Source: an uncultured Leptospiraceae bacterium
Lineage (GTDB): Bacteria > Spirochaetota > UBA4802 > UB4802
Assembly: GCA_964345775.1 (NCBI GenBank)
Contig: CAYFSO010000005.1
Coordinates: forward strand, 1 to 54,931
Length of the DNA: 54,931 bases
Direction: 5' to 3'
The position numbers were made by a program, and so were the translations under genes. How positions within the stretch are numbered: the first letter of the stretch is position 1; each line of letters starts with the position of its first letter. The notes beneath the pieces are model-generated. The model was not told the DNA's origin. It saw nothing but the letters and a program-made list of their open reading frames with translations, and did no database searches. Below are positions 10,188-20,304 of the stretch, piece after piece.

Positions 10188-10708
10188 AGTACCGGTTGAA
10201 GCCGTGACTGTATAGCAGACCCGATACTTTCAACATGCGGATAATTCTCAGTATCATCCGCATGAATGAACACTGCCATGGTATCCTTCACGATCAACAG
10301 TGACCTGTCACCGTTATAACCGGAATATTCCTTCAGTTTCTTGATCTCCTGTTTGGCGGCACTTTGATTTTTAAAAACCAGAATATAGCATACAATGTCA
10401 TCACCGTAGGGAGTGCGTGAACTGGCCAGGATGGTTACATGCATTGTCGTAATATTTCCCGCCCTGCCCCCGGGATAAATTTTATCTGCAATGATCTTTT
10501 TACCCCTGTCATCTACGTAACAGGGATTCCCAGTGAACACTTTGCTTGCAAATTCAGGAATTTTACCCAGGGTAAAACCGGAGGGAATGTCACTGCTATT
10601 GATCTTTACCTGCTCTACAATATCATCAGAAAAGGATACACTGGCAAAACAGACAGTGATCCCTGTAATGATGATCACAATACTGAAAAAAATGCTGCTG
10701 CGTTTCAT
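10181..10708 (-). CDS. Exported hypothetical protein
   Basis: N-terminal signal peptide, SD GGGAG, 175 aa. Confidence 0.7.
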   Translation of the reverse strand: MKRSSIFFSIVIIITGITVCFASVSFSDDIVEQVKINSSDIPSGFTLGKIPEFASKVFTGNPCYVDDRGKKIIADKIYPGGRAGNITTMHVTILASSRTPYGDDIVCYILVFKNQSAAKQEIKKLKEYSGYNGDRSLLIVKDTMAVFIHADDTENYPHVESIGSAIQSRLQPVLQ

Positions 10709-10849
10709 TTTTTTGCTCCCTGGTATGTTTTTGCTTTACAATCATCTGAGATATACTACACGGAGTATCCTTCTTATTACTATAATCGGTATACAGCCTT
10801 CTTCATTTCATGATTATTTCTTTTTTTCTTTTGTGACATAATATTTTTA

Positions 10850-10878
10850 TTGACGAATCCCATTTTATCAAATATATA
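10850..10878 (+). promoter_or_regulatory. Putative sigma-70 promoter of nrdD operon
   Basis: TTGACG-N17-TATATA, about 145 nt upstream of start codon. Confidence 0.45.
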
Positions 10879-11024
10879 TAAACCCGTTAAGTACCGGACA
10901 GGATGTCTGCAAAAACAACACCAGGCTCAAGTAACCAGCGCTTCCACTAACATTCAGGGTCTTAATATGCACCTGTTGTCATAAAGTGGCAATATTATAA
11001 TTCTTCTTGTGCGGAGTTTTTCAT

Positions 11025-13091
11025 ATGGCCAATAAAAACACCGATATCCCCTATGTGCGTAAACGCGACGGGCGGATCGTCCCTTTTACATCAGAAAAAA
11101 TTTCCGACGCCATATTCAATGCGGCAAATGCTGTTGGCGGGACCGACCGGGAAACCGCAAAGAAGGTATCAGACTCGGTTGTCGATATATTAAAGATCCT
11201 GTACAAGGGCGACCATATTCCCTCCGTTGAAAACGTGCAGGACCTTGTTGAGAAAATGCTCATCGAAAAGGGACACGCCAAGGTTGCAAAGGCGTACATA
11301 CTCTACAGGGAACAGCACAGGAAGATACGTGAAGGCAAAAGTCTTCTCAACGAAGGCATCCAGCTGGTAGAGGATTACCTGGATCGATCGGACTGGCGCG
11401 TGAACGAGAACAGCAACATGAGTTATTCACTCCAGGGGTTGAACAATCACATCGCCTCGGCCATCACCGCCAAGTACTGGCTTGAACGTATTTACCCGCA
11501 GGAGATCCGGGATGCGCACACCAATTGTGATATGCACATTCATGACCTTGGACTTCTTTCTGCTTATTGCGTAGGCTGGGACCTGAAAGACCTGCTGGTC
11601 AGGGGATTTGGTGGTGTTCCGGGAAAGATAGAGAGCAAACCCGCCAGGCACTTCCGAACCGCACTTGGACAGGTAGTGAACTTTTTCTATACCCTGCAGG
11701 GAGAATCAGCAGGAGCACAGGCATTCGCGAATTTTGACACATACCTTGCTCCTTTCATCCGTTATGACAGCCTTACTTTCGCCGAGGTAAAGCAGTCATT
11801 GCAGGAGTTTGTATTCAACATGAACATCCCAACACGTGTTGGCTTCCAGACACCTTTCACCAATGTTACCCTTGACCTCCAGGTACCGTCAAATATTGCG
11901 GATGAACACGTGGTAATTGCCGGCGAATTCATGGATGCCACCTACGGGGAATTCCAGGAGGAGATGAACATTTTCAATACCGCCTTCGCCGAATGCCTCC
12001 TTGAAGGCGATGCCCGGCACAGGATTTTTACCTTCCCCATCCCTACTTTTAATATTACCAGGGAATTCAACTGGGACAACAAGTCACTGAACACTCTCTG
12101 GGAAATAACCGCCAGGTACGGCATCCCGTATTTCGCTAACTTCGTGAATTCGGACATGGACCCCGAGGATGCACGCTCCATGTGCTGCCGCTTACGCCTG
12201 GATAACAGGGAGCTGCGCAGCAGGGGTGGCGGACTTTTTGGAGCCAATCCGCTGACCGGAAGCATCGGTGTTGTCACCATCAACATGCCGCGCCTTGGCT
12301 ATAACTCTCAAGACGAGGAAGACTTTTTCAAGGGACTTGCCATTTACATGGACAGGGCCAAGAAATCCCTTGAGATCAAGCGGAAAGTCCTGGAAAACTT
12401 CACGCAGAGCAATCTCTACCCGTATACTAAACATTACCTGCGGGATATTTACCAGAGGAACGGTAAATACTGGTTAAACCATTTTTCCACAATTGGCCTG
12501 GTGGGCATGAACGAAGCCTGCATGAACCTGCTTGGCAGCGATATATCCAGTAACGAGGGCAAGGAATTCACACTTCGCGTGCTCGACTACATGAGGGACA
12601 GGATCCTTACCTACCAGAAAGAAACGGGGAACATGTACAATCTTGAAGCAACACCTGCTGAAGGTGTCAGTTACCGGTTTGCCCGTCATGACAGGGAACG
12701 ATTTCCTGATATAGCAACTTCCGGTCAGCAGGAGCCATATTATACCAATTCCATTCACCTGCCTGTTGGTTATTCCGATGACATCTTCGACATGCTCGAT
12801 CACCAGGACCAGCTGCAATCACGGTTTACCGGAGGCACGGTGGTTCACTGTTATATCGGTGAAAAGATAGATGATCCTGAAATGGTAAAACTTCTTGTCA
12901 AAAAGATATCAGAGAATTACAGCATTCCATATTTTACAATAACACCTACCTTCAGCATTTGCCCGGTACACGGATATATACCCGGTTCACATTCGTACTG
13001 TCCATACGAACATACACCCGAAGAACTGGAGCTGTTTGGTATTGATGTACCGGCAAATGCCGATAATAATATCAGGGAAAAGATTTCGTAA
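11025..13091 (+). CDS. nrdD: Class III anaerobic ribonucleoside-triphosphate reductase, large subunit (ATP cone, lacks glycyl-radical loop)
   Basis: VRKRDG ATP cone, HIHDL, SMCCRLRLD, EATPAEG, TPTFSICPVHG; no RxxGY motif before the stop. Confidence 0.95.
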   Translation: MANKNTDIPYVRKRDGRIVPFTSEKISDAIFNAANAVGGTDRETAKKVSDSVVDILKILYKGDHIPSVENVQDLVEKMLIEKGHAKVAKAYILYREQHRKIREGKSLLNEGIQLVEDYLDRSDWRVNENSNMSYSLQGLNNHIASAITAKYWLERIYPQEIRDAHTNCDMHIHDLGLLSAYCVGWDLKDLLVRGFGGVPGKIESKPARHFRTALGQVVNFFYTLQGESAGAQAFANFDTYLAPFIRYDSLTFAEVKQSLQEFVFNMNIPTRVGFQTPFTNVTLDLQVPSNIADEHVVIAGEFMDATYGEFQEEMNIFNTAFAECLLEGDARHRIFTFPIPTFNITREFNWDNKSLNTLWEITARYGIPYFANFVNSDMDPEDARSMCCRLRLDNRELRSRGGGLFGANPLTGSIGVVTINMPRLGYNSQDEEDFFKGLAIYMDRAKKSLEIKRKVLENFTQSNLYPYTKHYLRDIYQRNGKYWLNHFSTIGLVGMNEACMNLLGSDISSNEGKEFTLRVLDYMRDRILTYQKETGNMYNLEATPAEGVSYRFARHDRERFPDIATSGQQEPYYTNSIHLPVGYSDDIFDMLDHQDQLQSRFTGGTVVHCYIGEKIDDPEMVKLLVKKISENYSIPYFTITPTFSICPVHGYIPGSHSYCPYEHTPEELELFGIDVPANADNNIREKIS

Positions 13092-13116
13092 TTGATTTTA
13101 AAGAGGGAGTTTTAAC

Positions 13117-13311
13117 ATGAAAGATTCAGCATCTGAAAAAAGGATACCTGTAGAAGTTTACTCTCGGGTAGTTGGCTATTTCAGGCCTGTCAACCAGTGG
13201 AACAGGGGAAAACAGGAAGAATTCAAGGACAGAAAGGAATACAAACTTGAAACCATAGAAAAGGCCTGCGTCAATGAATATCAAGGGCATACACAAAACG
13301 TCGTTAATTGA
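13117..13311 (+). CDS. Stand-alone glycyl-radical domain of class III RNR
   Basis: EVYSRVVGYFRPVNQWNRGKQEEFKDR, the canonical NrdD C-terminal loop; own SD GAGGGAG. Confidence 0.9.
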   Translation: MKDSASEKRIPVEVYSRVVGYFRPVNQWNRGKQEEFKDRKEYKLETIEKACVNEYQGHTQNVVN

Positions 13312-13969
13312 TTTTCCTGGAAGTATCAGCACTATCATATTCAGCGGTGGATGTAACCTGCGTTGCCGTTACTGTCATAACCCCGAGCTTGCATGCAATT
13401 CATGCGGCTTACAGGGATATACCAACGAGGAAGCCATTTCTTTCATCCAGGGCAGAACACATCTCATCGACGGGGTAGTACTGTCCGGTGGTGAACCCAC
13501 GTTGTCTCCCCATTTGAAGGATTTCATACTTCGACTCAAGGACATGGATCTCAGGGTGAAACTGGATACCAACGGGTTCCAGCCAGAAAAAGTGGAGGAG
13601 CTGATTTACGAGGACCTCCTCGATTACGTGGCAATGGATATCAAGACATCCCCTGAAAAATATCACCTTCTCACCGGGAACAGCGCACCCTTTGGCACCA
13701 TAATTGACACCCTGAATATTATTCGCAATTCGAATGTACCATACGAATTACGAACCACCTGCATCCCCGGATACGTGACCATGGACGATTTCTTCTCCAT
13801 ACATGACCAGGTTCATCACGTTCCCGCGTATTACCTGCAACAGTTCGTGAATAACAACACCATGGATTCATCATTTCACCAGCTCGAACCGTATTCACCT
13901 GAAACCCTTATTTCATTTAAACAATACGTGTTGACCTTCGCAGACATCTGCGAGGTAAGAGGGATCTAA
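13274..13969 (+). CDS. nrdG: Anaerobic RNR activating radical SAM protein
   Basis: SLIDFPG, GCNLRCRYCHNP, SGGEPT, KLDTNG, ELRTT. Confidence 0.95.
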   Translation: MNIKGIHKTSLIDFPGSISTIIFSGGCNLRCRYCHNPELACNSCGLQGYTNEEAISFIQGRTHLIDGVVLSGGEPTLSPHLKDFILRLKDMDLRVKLDTNGFQPEKVEELIYEDLLDYVAMDIKTSPEKYHLLTGNSAPFGTIIDTLNIIRNSNVPYELRTTCIPGYVTMDDFFSIHDQVHHVPAYYLQQFVNNNTMDSSFHQLEPYSPETLISFKQYVLTFADICEVRGI

Positions 13970-16836
13970 TTCTCTTCAATTGTTACCCATTCAATGGCAT
14001 CTCCTACAAGAACAAGGCAAGGCACAGGTGCAAATTGATCGGCCACTGATCCAATACCTGTTCTGTTATCTGAAAAATCAAGCCATACCGCTTTGTTATC
14101 ACTCAGCGGGACGTACAACAACGGCTTCATGATCTTTCCATAGTTTGGACTATCACCGTACAGCCATTCATGTTGTTTTTTCATGGGAAACGCAACGTAT
14201 GATGCAATATGTAGACCTGAGAGCATATTCTTCGCAAGCACGGTTTTTGCCGCTGCCGAACCTTCTTTACGGTAAAGGACATCAACAGACCTGTCCACAT
14301 CAAAAATTGTTCCCCGCACGAGATCAATTTCCTGCTGCACCTCCCTGTACACGGCATTCACAGTTTCCATTGTGGCGCCCCGTTCACGAACTTGCCATTC
14401 ACCCATTTCAAATCCAACAGTGCTTTTACGCAGCAACGCGTTGTACAACATGGCAAAATCCTGCCATGATTCAACCGTGGTAAAGGAAAAGCCCCCATCT
14501 TTACCATTGAATTCTGCCGAATATTTCCGTTCCCTGCCATTTACTGTTTCCGACGTACTGGCTGCGTCTCTCGTGATCACTGCAGGGTTCATGTCAGCAG
14601 GACACGTGACGTGCACCTGGGTATTGTGACCCGCATCTCCCCTGTCCGGGGATAACCCCTGCATGGTCACGAAACTGTCGTTTAAACCGTCCCGCAGGCT
14701 GTCCCTGATATCCATGGAGTACCAAACAAGTGAACGGGGCTTAACGCCTTCCAGGAGAACTACGGAATTCCCATCTTCCTCCCTTACCGTGGCACGTACC
14801 GGGTACGAAGTGCCGTTTACACAGGCATATGTTTTTCGTATGCGCGTATTTCCTGTAAAGGGAACCGACATGTGCATGGTACCGCCGGGGGCTGTATTCA
14901 TCCCGGTCATTATCTTCTCAGACCATGTTATATCACAGTAGCCCGGAACAGGCAGGTTGAATTCTATCTCACGAAAAAGTACGCCTGTTGCACCTTTCTT
15001 CTTCAACACGGGCCAATCTTCGCAATTGTAACCCGGTACACCGGCATCATCATTTGCAGCCATCATGCCGTTATATACTGAATACTGATCCCTGAACCAG
15101 TACCATTCCGGCTTTTCTCGAAGAAGCCTTTCCCAGTACAACGCGGGATCTTCACCCCTCATCATCTCCATTTTACCCAGGAGGTACAATGCTCGCATGT
15201 TTTCCCTTTTCACCATCTCCTTCATCAGGAATGATCTGCAATCGCTGAATTTACCCAGCCACATGTACGCTTCAAACAGCCGGTCCATGTACTTCCATCT
15301 CTTGCCCGGTATATCAGCACACCGTATCATTTCATTGTACCGCTGCTGTGAAAAAAGAATGGCAACCAGTATCTCCCGTGCCCTGTCCGAGTATTCGTTT
15401 TCCAGTATTTGTCGGCATATTCTTTCACTTTGCCGGGGATCCCGTTGCTCCAGGTATTCTGCCTTCAGCAATCTGCCGTCTCTGTGATCCGGGAACATTT
15501 CCTCCATTTTATCCAGTAACCGGCCAACCAGGTCAACCCTGCCCTTTTTCAATGACCATGTGAATACCGGCTCGTACAGGGGGAGATATCCCGGCGCGAG
15601 CGACAAAATTTTAATGCCCTCGTTTATGGCCTTCCCTGTTGAACCAGTCATGGCCAGGTACCTGGCATACTGGTATCGTGCTGGGATATGCTTTCCCCCA
15701 CCAAGCTCATGCAGAATATCACCGGCAATCTTCAATTCAGCATCACCCTGTCCTGGTATACCGGCAGACAAGAGGGCATCCAGGTATAACCATGCCAGGT
15801 ACCCGTCCCTTCCGCTTTTCTTCCATCCCCGTGCATAGTATTTAATGGACTCCCTGCTGCCCAGGTTATGAAAATACAGGCCCATGCGGGCAAAGGAGTG
15901 TTGTCTGCCTTTCTTAATATCCCCGGCAAGTCGCGGGAAGGGATAATCCAGCGATTCCATGTACTGCATGGGCTGGGCGTACTTTTTTTTTGTAAACTGC
16001 ACCGGTATCATGGCATCACTTCCATCGGTTACCAGTACGCGAAACCACCTTCCCGGCGCTGCCCGCAGTTTCAGCATCAGCGTAACACCTTCATTAACGT
16101 CAAGAAGCACCACACGCCTGTCACGCTTCACCGTTTCTACCGCGTTTTCCAGCACTGCTTCCCCGTTGACGTTCAGTATATATTCCGCGTTGGAATATAC
16201 CCTTATTTTTACCTGCCCCAACGCGGGGAATGACGATATCGCGTACATGATGCCGTCATTTTCCGACGTAAGCTCATCAAGCCGTACAAAACCCCTGGTT
16301 TTACCCGCATTTACCCGTGTCCCCTCTTCAGCAAAACCATCGCGTGCGTCACCCATGCCTGGAACGAAAGGATACCACAGGTCTCCTGCACCGTATCTCC
16401 TGTAAGGCCCTGCCATTACCCACCTGCTCACGGGATTGATCTGCGAAGCATGCTGTACCGTTACGTTCTGCAACCTGCTGACTGTTTTTTCTATCTCAAG
16501 GTCAAGCTGAAGCAGCATCAGGTTCTTATGCTGAAGTGAATTATCGTTGAATATCTTTTTTCTTGCCCTTTGCAGTATTGCAAGCAATTGTTTATTGCCG
16601 GGTACTCCCGCAAGCCTGTTCAGTTGATCCAGGTATACCCAGGCGCGAGGTGACTTGTAATGCTGTACTATTCCATTCGCAAGCGCGGAATAATATTTCT
16701 TGAGCTCACCCGTGGATGCGTATTCAATCATTTTCTCTTCCTGCTGAAGGAAGCTGCCATCTGCGGCGGCATCCATGGGAGCATGCATCAACACAGCCAG
16801 GAGGATACAGGAACATGTATTTCTTTTTTTCATCAT
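13966..16836 (-). CDS. Large exported TPR protein with degenerate C-terminal transglutaminase-like region
   Basis: Signal peptide, beta-rich domain, TPR-like helices, VYREVQQEI..DVLYRKEGSAAAKTVL..WLD. Confidence 0.65.
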   Translation of the reverse strand: MMKKRNTCSCILLAVLMHAPMDAAADGSFLQQEEKMIEYASTGELKKYYSALANGIVQHYKSPRAWVYLDQLNRLAGVPGNKQLLAILQRARKKIFNDNSLQHKNLMLLQLDLEIEKTVSRLQNVTVQHASQINPVSRWVMAGPYRRYGAGDLWYPFVPGMGDARDGFAEEGTRVNAGKTRGFVRLDELTSENDGIMYAISSFPALGQVKIRVYSNAEYILNVNGEAVLENAVETVKRDRRVVLLDVNEGVTLMLKLRAAPGRWFRVLVTDGSDAMIPVQFTKKKYAQPMQYMESLDYPFPRLAGDIKKGRQHSFARMGLYFHNLGSRESIKYYARGWKKSGRDGYLAWLYLDALLSAGIPGQGDAELKIAGDILHELGGGKHIPARYQYARYLAMTGSTGKAINEGIKILSLAPGYLPLYEPVFTWSLKKGRVDLVGRLLDKMEEMFPDHRDGRLLKAEYLEQRDPRQSERICRQILENEYSDRAREILVAILFSQQRYNEMIRCADIPGKRWKYMDRLFEAYMWLGKFSDCRSFLMKEMVKRENMRALYLLGKMEMMRGEDPALYWERLLREKPEWYWFRDQYSVYNGMMAANDDAGVPGYNCEDWPVLKKKGATGVLFREIEFNLPVPGYCDITWSEKIMTGMNTAPGGTMHMSVPFTGNTRIRKTYACVNGTSYPVRATVREEDGNSVVLLEGVKPRSLVWYSMDIRDSLRDGLNDSFVTMQGLSPDRGDAGHNTQVHVTCPADMNPAVITRDAASTSETVNGRERKYSAEFNGKDGGFSFTTVESWQDFAMLYNALLRKSTVGFEMGEWQVRERGATMETVNAVYREVQQEIDLVRGTIFDVDRSVDVLYRKEGSAAAKTVLAKNMLSGLHIASYVAFPMKKQHEWLYGDSPNYGKIMKPLLYVPLSDNKAVWLDFSDNRTGIGSVADQFAPVPCLVLVGDAIEWVTIEEN

Positions 16837-18425
16837 TCCCCGTCCCGCAGGTATCTTTCCGCAGACCGGGTATAGCCCATCATGTTCAGGGTTATCCCCA
16901 GCTGCTGTCGAACTTTCCTGTTGAATTTGCCTTTAGTATGCGCAGCCAGCAGTGTTCCAAGTGCCATATCCCTCCTGCCGGAATCGCGGTATATCTTCGC
17001 AAGCGCGATATACAGTTCCATCGAGTGGGGATAGCATCGTATCCCCTTTACCAGGAGGGTTTCTGCGTCATCAATCCTGCCCGTAATAACCTGCATTCGG
17101 GCACATCTTGAAATGAATTGCGGGGTAAATCCTCCCGATGAAATCAGTTTCTCGTACCATGCACATGCTGATACGTACTGTCCCATTGCGGCATAGTTCT
17201 CGCCCATGAGATAACAGCATCTTCCGCATGCCCCCTCATTTGCGGTCACATCAAGTTCCATAACGGCCAGGTGTTGCAGCCCGGCTGCGTTAAGTATATA
17301 TGACCGCGCAATAAGAGCATACGGTGTTACAGTGCTCATTCTTCTTGTGTGTATCATGCTGAGTGCCGGTTCTATGAGATTACAACCGGCCAGCCTCCTT
17401 GCGTACTCCATAAGCGCTTCCGGCATAGCCATAGTTGCAGCCAGGTAGATATGCTGCAGATCATCGGAGACACATGAAGATCCAGAACCACTATAATAAT
17501 GACATAATGCCGGTGCCAGTTTCAATTCTGCAGCATCCATAAACAGGGAGCGCATCTGTCCCCGGTTAGCATAACCAAGCCAGTAAAGACAATACCCTGT
17601 ATAAAACTTTTCCAGCGGCGCAGCCTCTGCGGGGTTTGTTCTCTCATTGGGCAAGCTGCCGTTAGAGACGTGAGCCGGGATCCTCATGGTAAAAATACTT
17701 GCTCCATCTCTGTCAGATCTCATTTTTACCTTCACCAGGTTCTTGCCCCTGTTCAACATTACCTGAACCAGGTGCTGATCCTCGCAAAACCCGTGCGAAT
17801 CAGGGTCATGTAAAACTTTTGTCCCATTAATACGAACACTCATGTGCCCCGTGGAACCTATAGCAAAAGTGCGTTTTCTCTTTCTCTCAGATGAGACTGT
17901 TGCCTCCAGGACAAAGATCCTGCTTTCTTCTTCTCCTGTAAGGCTGCCAACATCAATTATACCCGAGGGTGTGGCAGTAACAATGGCCTCCCGGCCGGTA
18001 TTCACGTCTGTAAGTGTATAGTCGATAATTGCACCCAGGCTGTTACGAATCTCCATGGCTTTGTCAGCTTCACCTGATAACAGCAACAGCCTTTTCCGTA
18101 GATGCCTGGCCCTGTCTTTGAGCAATGGAAAACTGCTGGCAATCTCGTTTTTTTCACACGTTCGAAGCAGCTGAAGGCATGTATCGATATAACTGAAATG
18201 TCTTGAACACTCGTAGATCCGCCACATAAGGACTTCCATTTCAACTGGGTACTTAACATCATGTATCATGGCTTCTGTGATCTTAAGTTCATTCCTGATA
18301 TCCCCACGGGTTCGTGCTTCTACGTAATCCCTTTCGGAATAATTTTTTGCACCAGCACCTCCCGGGATCTGCATCATTATGGTAATTAAAATGAAAACAT
18401 GTACGTTACTTTTTATTTTTCTCAA
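16833..18425 (-). CDS. Exported TPR protein with beta-sandwich domain
   Basis: Signal peptide, VRINGTKVL..VMLNRGKNLVKVK, C-terminal TPR-like repeats; ATGA overlap with next gene. Confidence 0.65.
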   Translation of the reverse strand: MRKIKSNVHVFILITIMMQIPGGAGAKNYSERDYVEARTRGDIRNELKITEAMIHDVKYPVEMEVLMWRIYECSRHFSYIDTCLQLLRTCEKNEIASSFPLLKDRARHLRKRLLLLSGEADKAMEIRNSLGAIIDYTLTDVNTGREAIVTATPSGIIDVGSLTGEEESRIFVLEATVSSERKRKRTFAIGSTGHMSVRINGTKVLHDPDSHGFCEDQHLVQVMLNRGKNLVKVKMRSDRDGASIFTMRIPAHVSNGSLPNERTNPAEAAPLEKFYTGYCLYWLGYANRGQMRSLFMDAAELKLAPALCHYYSGSGSSCVSDDLQHIYLAATMAMPEALMEYARRLAGCNLIEPALSMIHTRRMSTVTPYALIARSYILNAAGLQHLAVMELDVTANEGACGRCCYLMGENYAAMGQYVSACAWYEKLISSGGFTPQFISRCARMQVITGRIDDAETLLVKGIRCYPHSMELYIALAKIYRDSGRRDMALGTLLAAHTKGKFNRKVRQQLGITLNMMGYTRSAERYLRDGE

Positions 18426-19260
18426 TTATTTCCATTCCCCTTTTTAATACACTGGCTGCTTTCTCTTTTTCACCGCGTTCAAGCAGCATGTTGGAATAAT
18501 CGAGGTACGCATAATGAAAGTAGGGATATTCATCTATGCATCTCTGGTAGTATGCGGATGCTTCTTCACCCTGATTCAAGCGCTGCTTCAGGGTTGCCAT
18601 CCTGTACAGCGGCACGGGGTTTCCATCTCCCGTATTCACGGCTTCCAGGTAAAACTTTTCAGCTTTATCAAACTCTTCCTTCTCGCTGTAAATATCACCA
18701 AGCTCAACAAGTGGATAAATATTTTCCGGGAAACGGTTGTGCATGACTACCAGTACTGCCATACCATCTGCCATCCGATCTGCACCCCGGTAAAGGATGT
18801 AGAGATTATAATATGTGGTGATAACTGTTGAACCTTCACGCATCAATGATTGAAACAGCTTTTCAGACTCATTGTATTTCCCCGCCTGTGACAATGCGCA
18901 TGCCTTGTTCGTCAGCGACAACACCCTGTTATCACTTCCCATGGATGAAATACTATCGTAGATCCGTATGGCCCTGTTATAACGCTGCTCACTTGTGTCA
19001 TTTACATGGTAGTACCGTGCACGAACCCACAACTGTTTTTCGGTGGGGTTCTCAATATTCTCAAATTCCCGGGCCTGTCCCGTCCCGGGAATTCCTGCCG
19101 GAAATCTCAGGATAAAGGGCAGCTGCCCCACTCCGGTTACACGTATCTCCTGCGGTTCATCTTTGACTGTACTACCCGCACATGCTGTTAGTACTGCACA
19201 GAGCAAGATTAACACGGAAGACATAATTTTTTTCTTTGACCTTTCAGGATATCTCGTCAT
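18406..19260 (-). CDS. TPR lipoprotein
   Basis: LTAC lipobox, clear TPR repeats (YYNLYIL, ELGDIY, YRMATL); start reassigned to ATG 19260. Confidence 0.8.
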   Translation of the reverse strand: MTRYPERSKKKIMSSVLILLCAVLTACAGSTVKDEPQEIRVTGVGQLPFILRFPAGIPGTGQAREFENIENPTEKQLWVRARYYHVNDTSEQRYNRAIRIYDSISSMGSDNRVLSLTNKACALSQAGKYNESEKLFQSLMREGSTVITTYYNLYILYRGADRMADGMAVLVVMHNRFPENIYPLVELGDIYSEKEEFDKAEKFYLEAVNTGDGNPVPLYRMATLKQRLNQGEEASAYYQRCIDEYPYFHYAYLDYSNMLLERGEKEKAASVLKRGMEIIEKNKK

Positions 19261-19304
19261 AATATCTTCACCTTCATGACAATTATGATAGTAAACAAAC
19301 GCAT

Positions 19305-20297
19305 ATGCACAAGAAAAAAATGAAAACACTGTACATCCGATCATTCAGGATCTTTATCATTATCGCCTCGGTTGCGACGTTCTCTGCCCTGATGGACTAT
19401 CCACACATTGTCTCCGATGCTGTCAGGGAGTATAACCTCGATAATCCCATGTATGATGTATTCTACCTGTATTACGCTGACCAGAGAGATGACGCCCTGT
19501 CAATACTTAACAGGGCTATGAAAAGCAGGAAGCACAGGGAAGCAGCCTTCATAAACAGGGGTGTGATCGAGTACTACGAGGGAAGGCACGCCAGTGCTCT
19601 CAAGTGGTATGATAGATCGCTTTCGCATGGTTATACTGCAACCACGTATATCCTGGATCATGCAGCCGGCAGGGACATGGAACTATACAACAAAACTCTC
19701 ACCCGTCTTGAAACCGTGAAAGACATAAAGGGACTCTACTGGGTTGCGTATGAACGGGCCTCCCGGTATGCCCGCAAGGGCGACACTGCCACGGCGCTTG
19801 CTCTCCTTGAAAAAGCCTGTAAAAACGGGTTTGATCATGCCGGCTTGATCAGGAACGATCCTGCATGGAAAAGGGTGCGGCATCATCCTTCATATAAAAA
19901 AATGAAAAACGAATACCTTGTACACGACAGCAAGGGAAATGCCACCCCTGAAATTTTAGATACCTCGTTGGCCCTGGCAAAGGGAACCCCGTTAGATATT
20001 TCACCCGAACTGGCGGTGGCGTACCGAATGCTCTCAAGGCGAAAAGATGTGTCCGCGCTGCCATACCTCACCAGGGTCATCACCACATCATCTAACCAGC
20101 GCCATATATTTATCGCCAGGTACTGGAGGGCACGGGTGTACACCAGGCAGGGGAAGAAGGACAAGGCAAAGAAAGAACTCACACAATGCAGGAACATACT
20201 CGCCTCACTCCCTGAAAAGGCTTCCTCTTTACCAGGTATACTGCTTCCGCTTTTCAGTGATATTATAGAAAATGATCCTGTTTTGAAGAAATTATAG
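19305..20297 (+). CDS. Membrane-anchored TPR protein
   Basis: N-terminal TM; TPR and TPR-end-like motif YERASRYARKGD..ALALLEKA..DPAWKRVR. Confidence 0.75.
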   Translation: MHKKKMKTLYIRSFRIFIIIASVATFSALMDYPHIVSDAVREYNLDNPMYDVFYLYYADQRDDALSILNRAMKSRKHREAAFINRGVIEYYEGRHASALKWYDRSLSHGYTATTYILDHAAGRDMELYNKTLTRLETVKDIKGLYWVAYERASRYARKGDTATALALLEKACKNGFDHAGLIRNDPAWKRVRHHPSYKKMKNEYLVHDSKGNATPEILDTSLALAKGTPLDISPELAVAYRMLSRRKDVSALPYLTRVITTSSNQRHIFIARYWRARVYTRQGKKDKAKKELTQCRNILASLPEKASSLPGILLPLFSDIIENDPVLKKL

Positions 20298-20304
20298 GAT
20301 ATGG

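Noticed and set aside
10783-10811. Weak sigma-28-like site (GAAA-N15-ACCGATTA) upstream of the 10708 gene
   Set aside because: Three mismatches to consensus; could be chance
10880-11024. NrdR boxes or riboswitch in the nrdD leader
   Set aside because: No convincing match to the NrdR consensus or any riboswitch I could recognise by eye
13080-13120. nrdD split as sequencing frameshift or pseudogene
   Set aside because: Stops in both frames across the junction plus a dedicated SD; one error cannot fuse the ORFs
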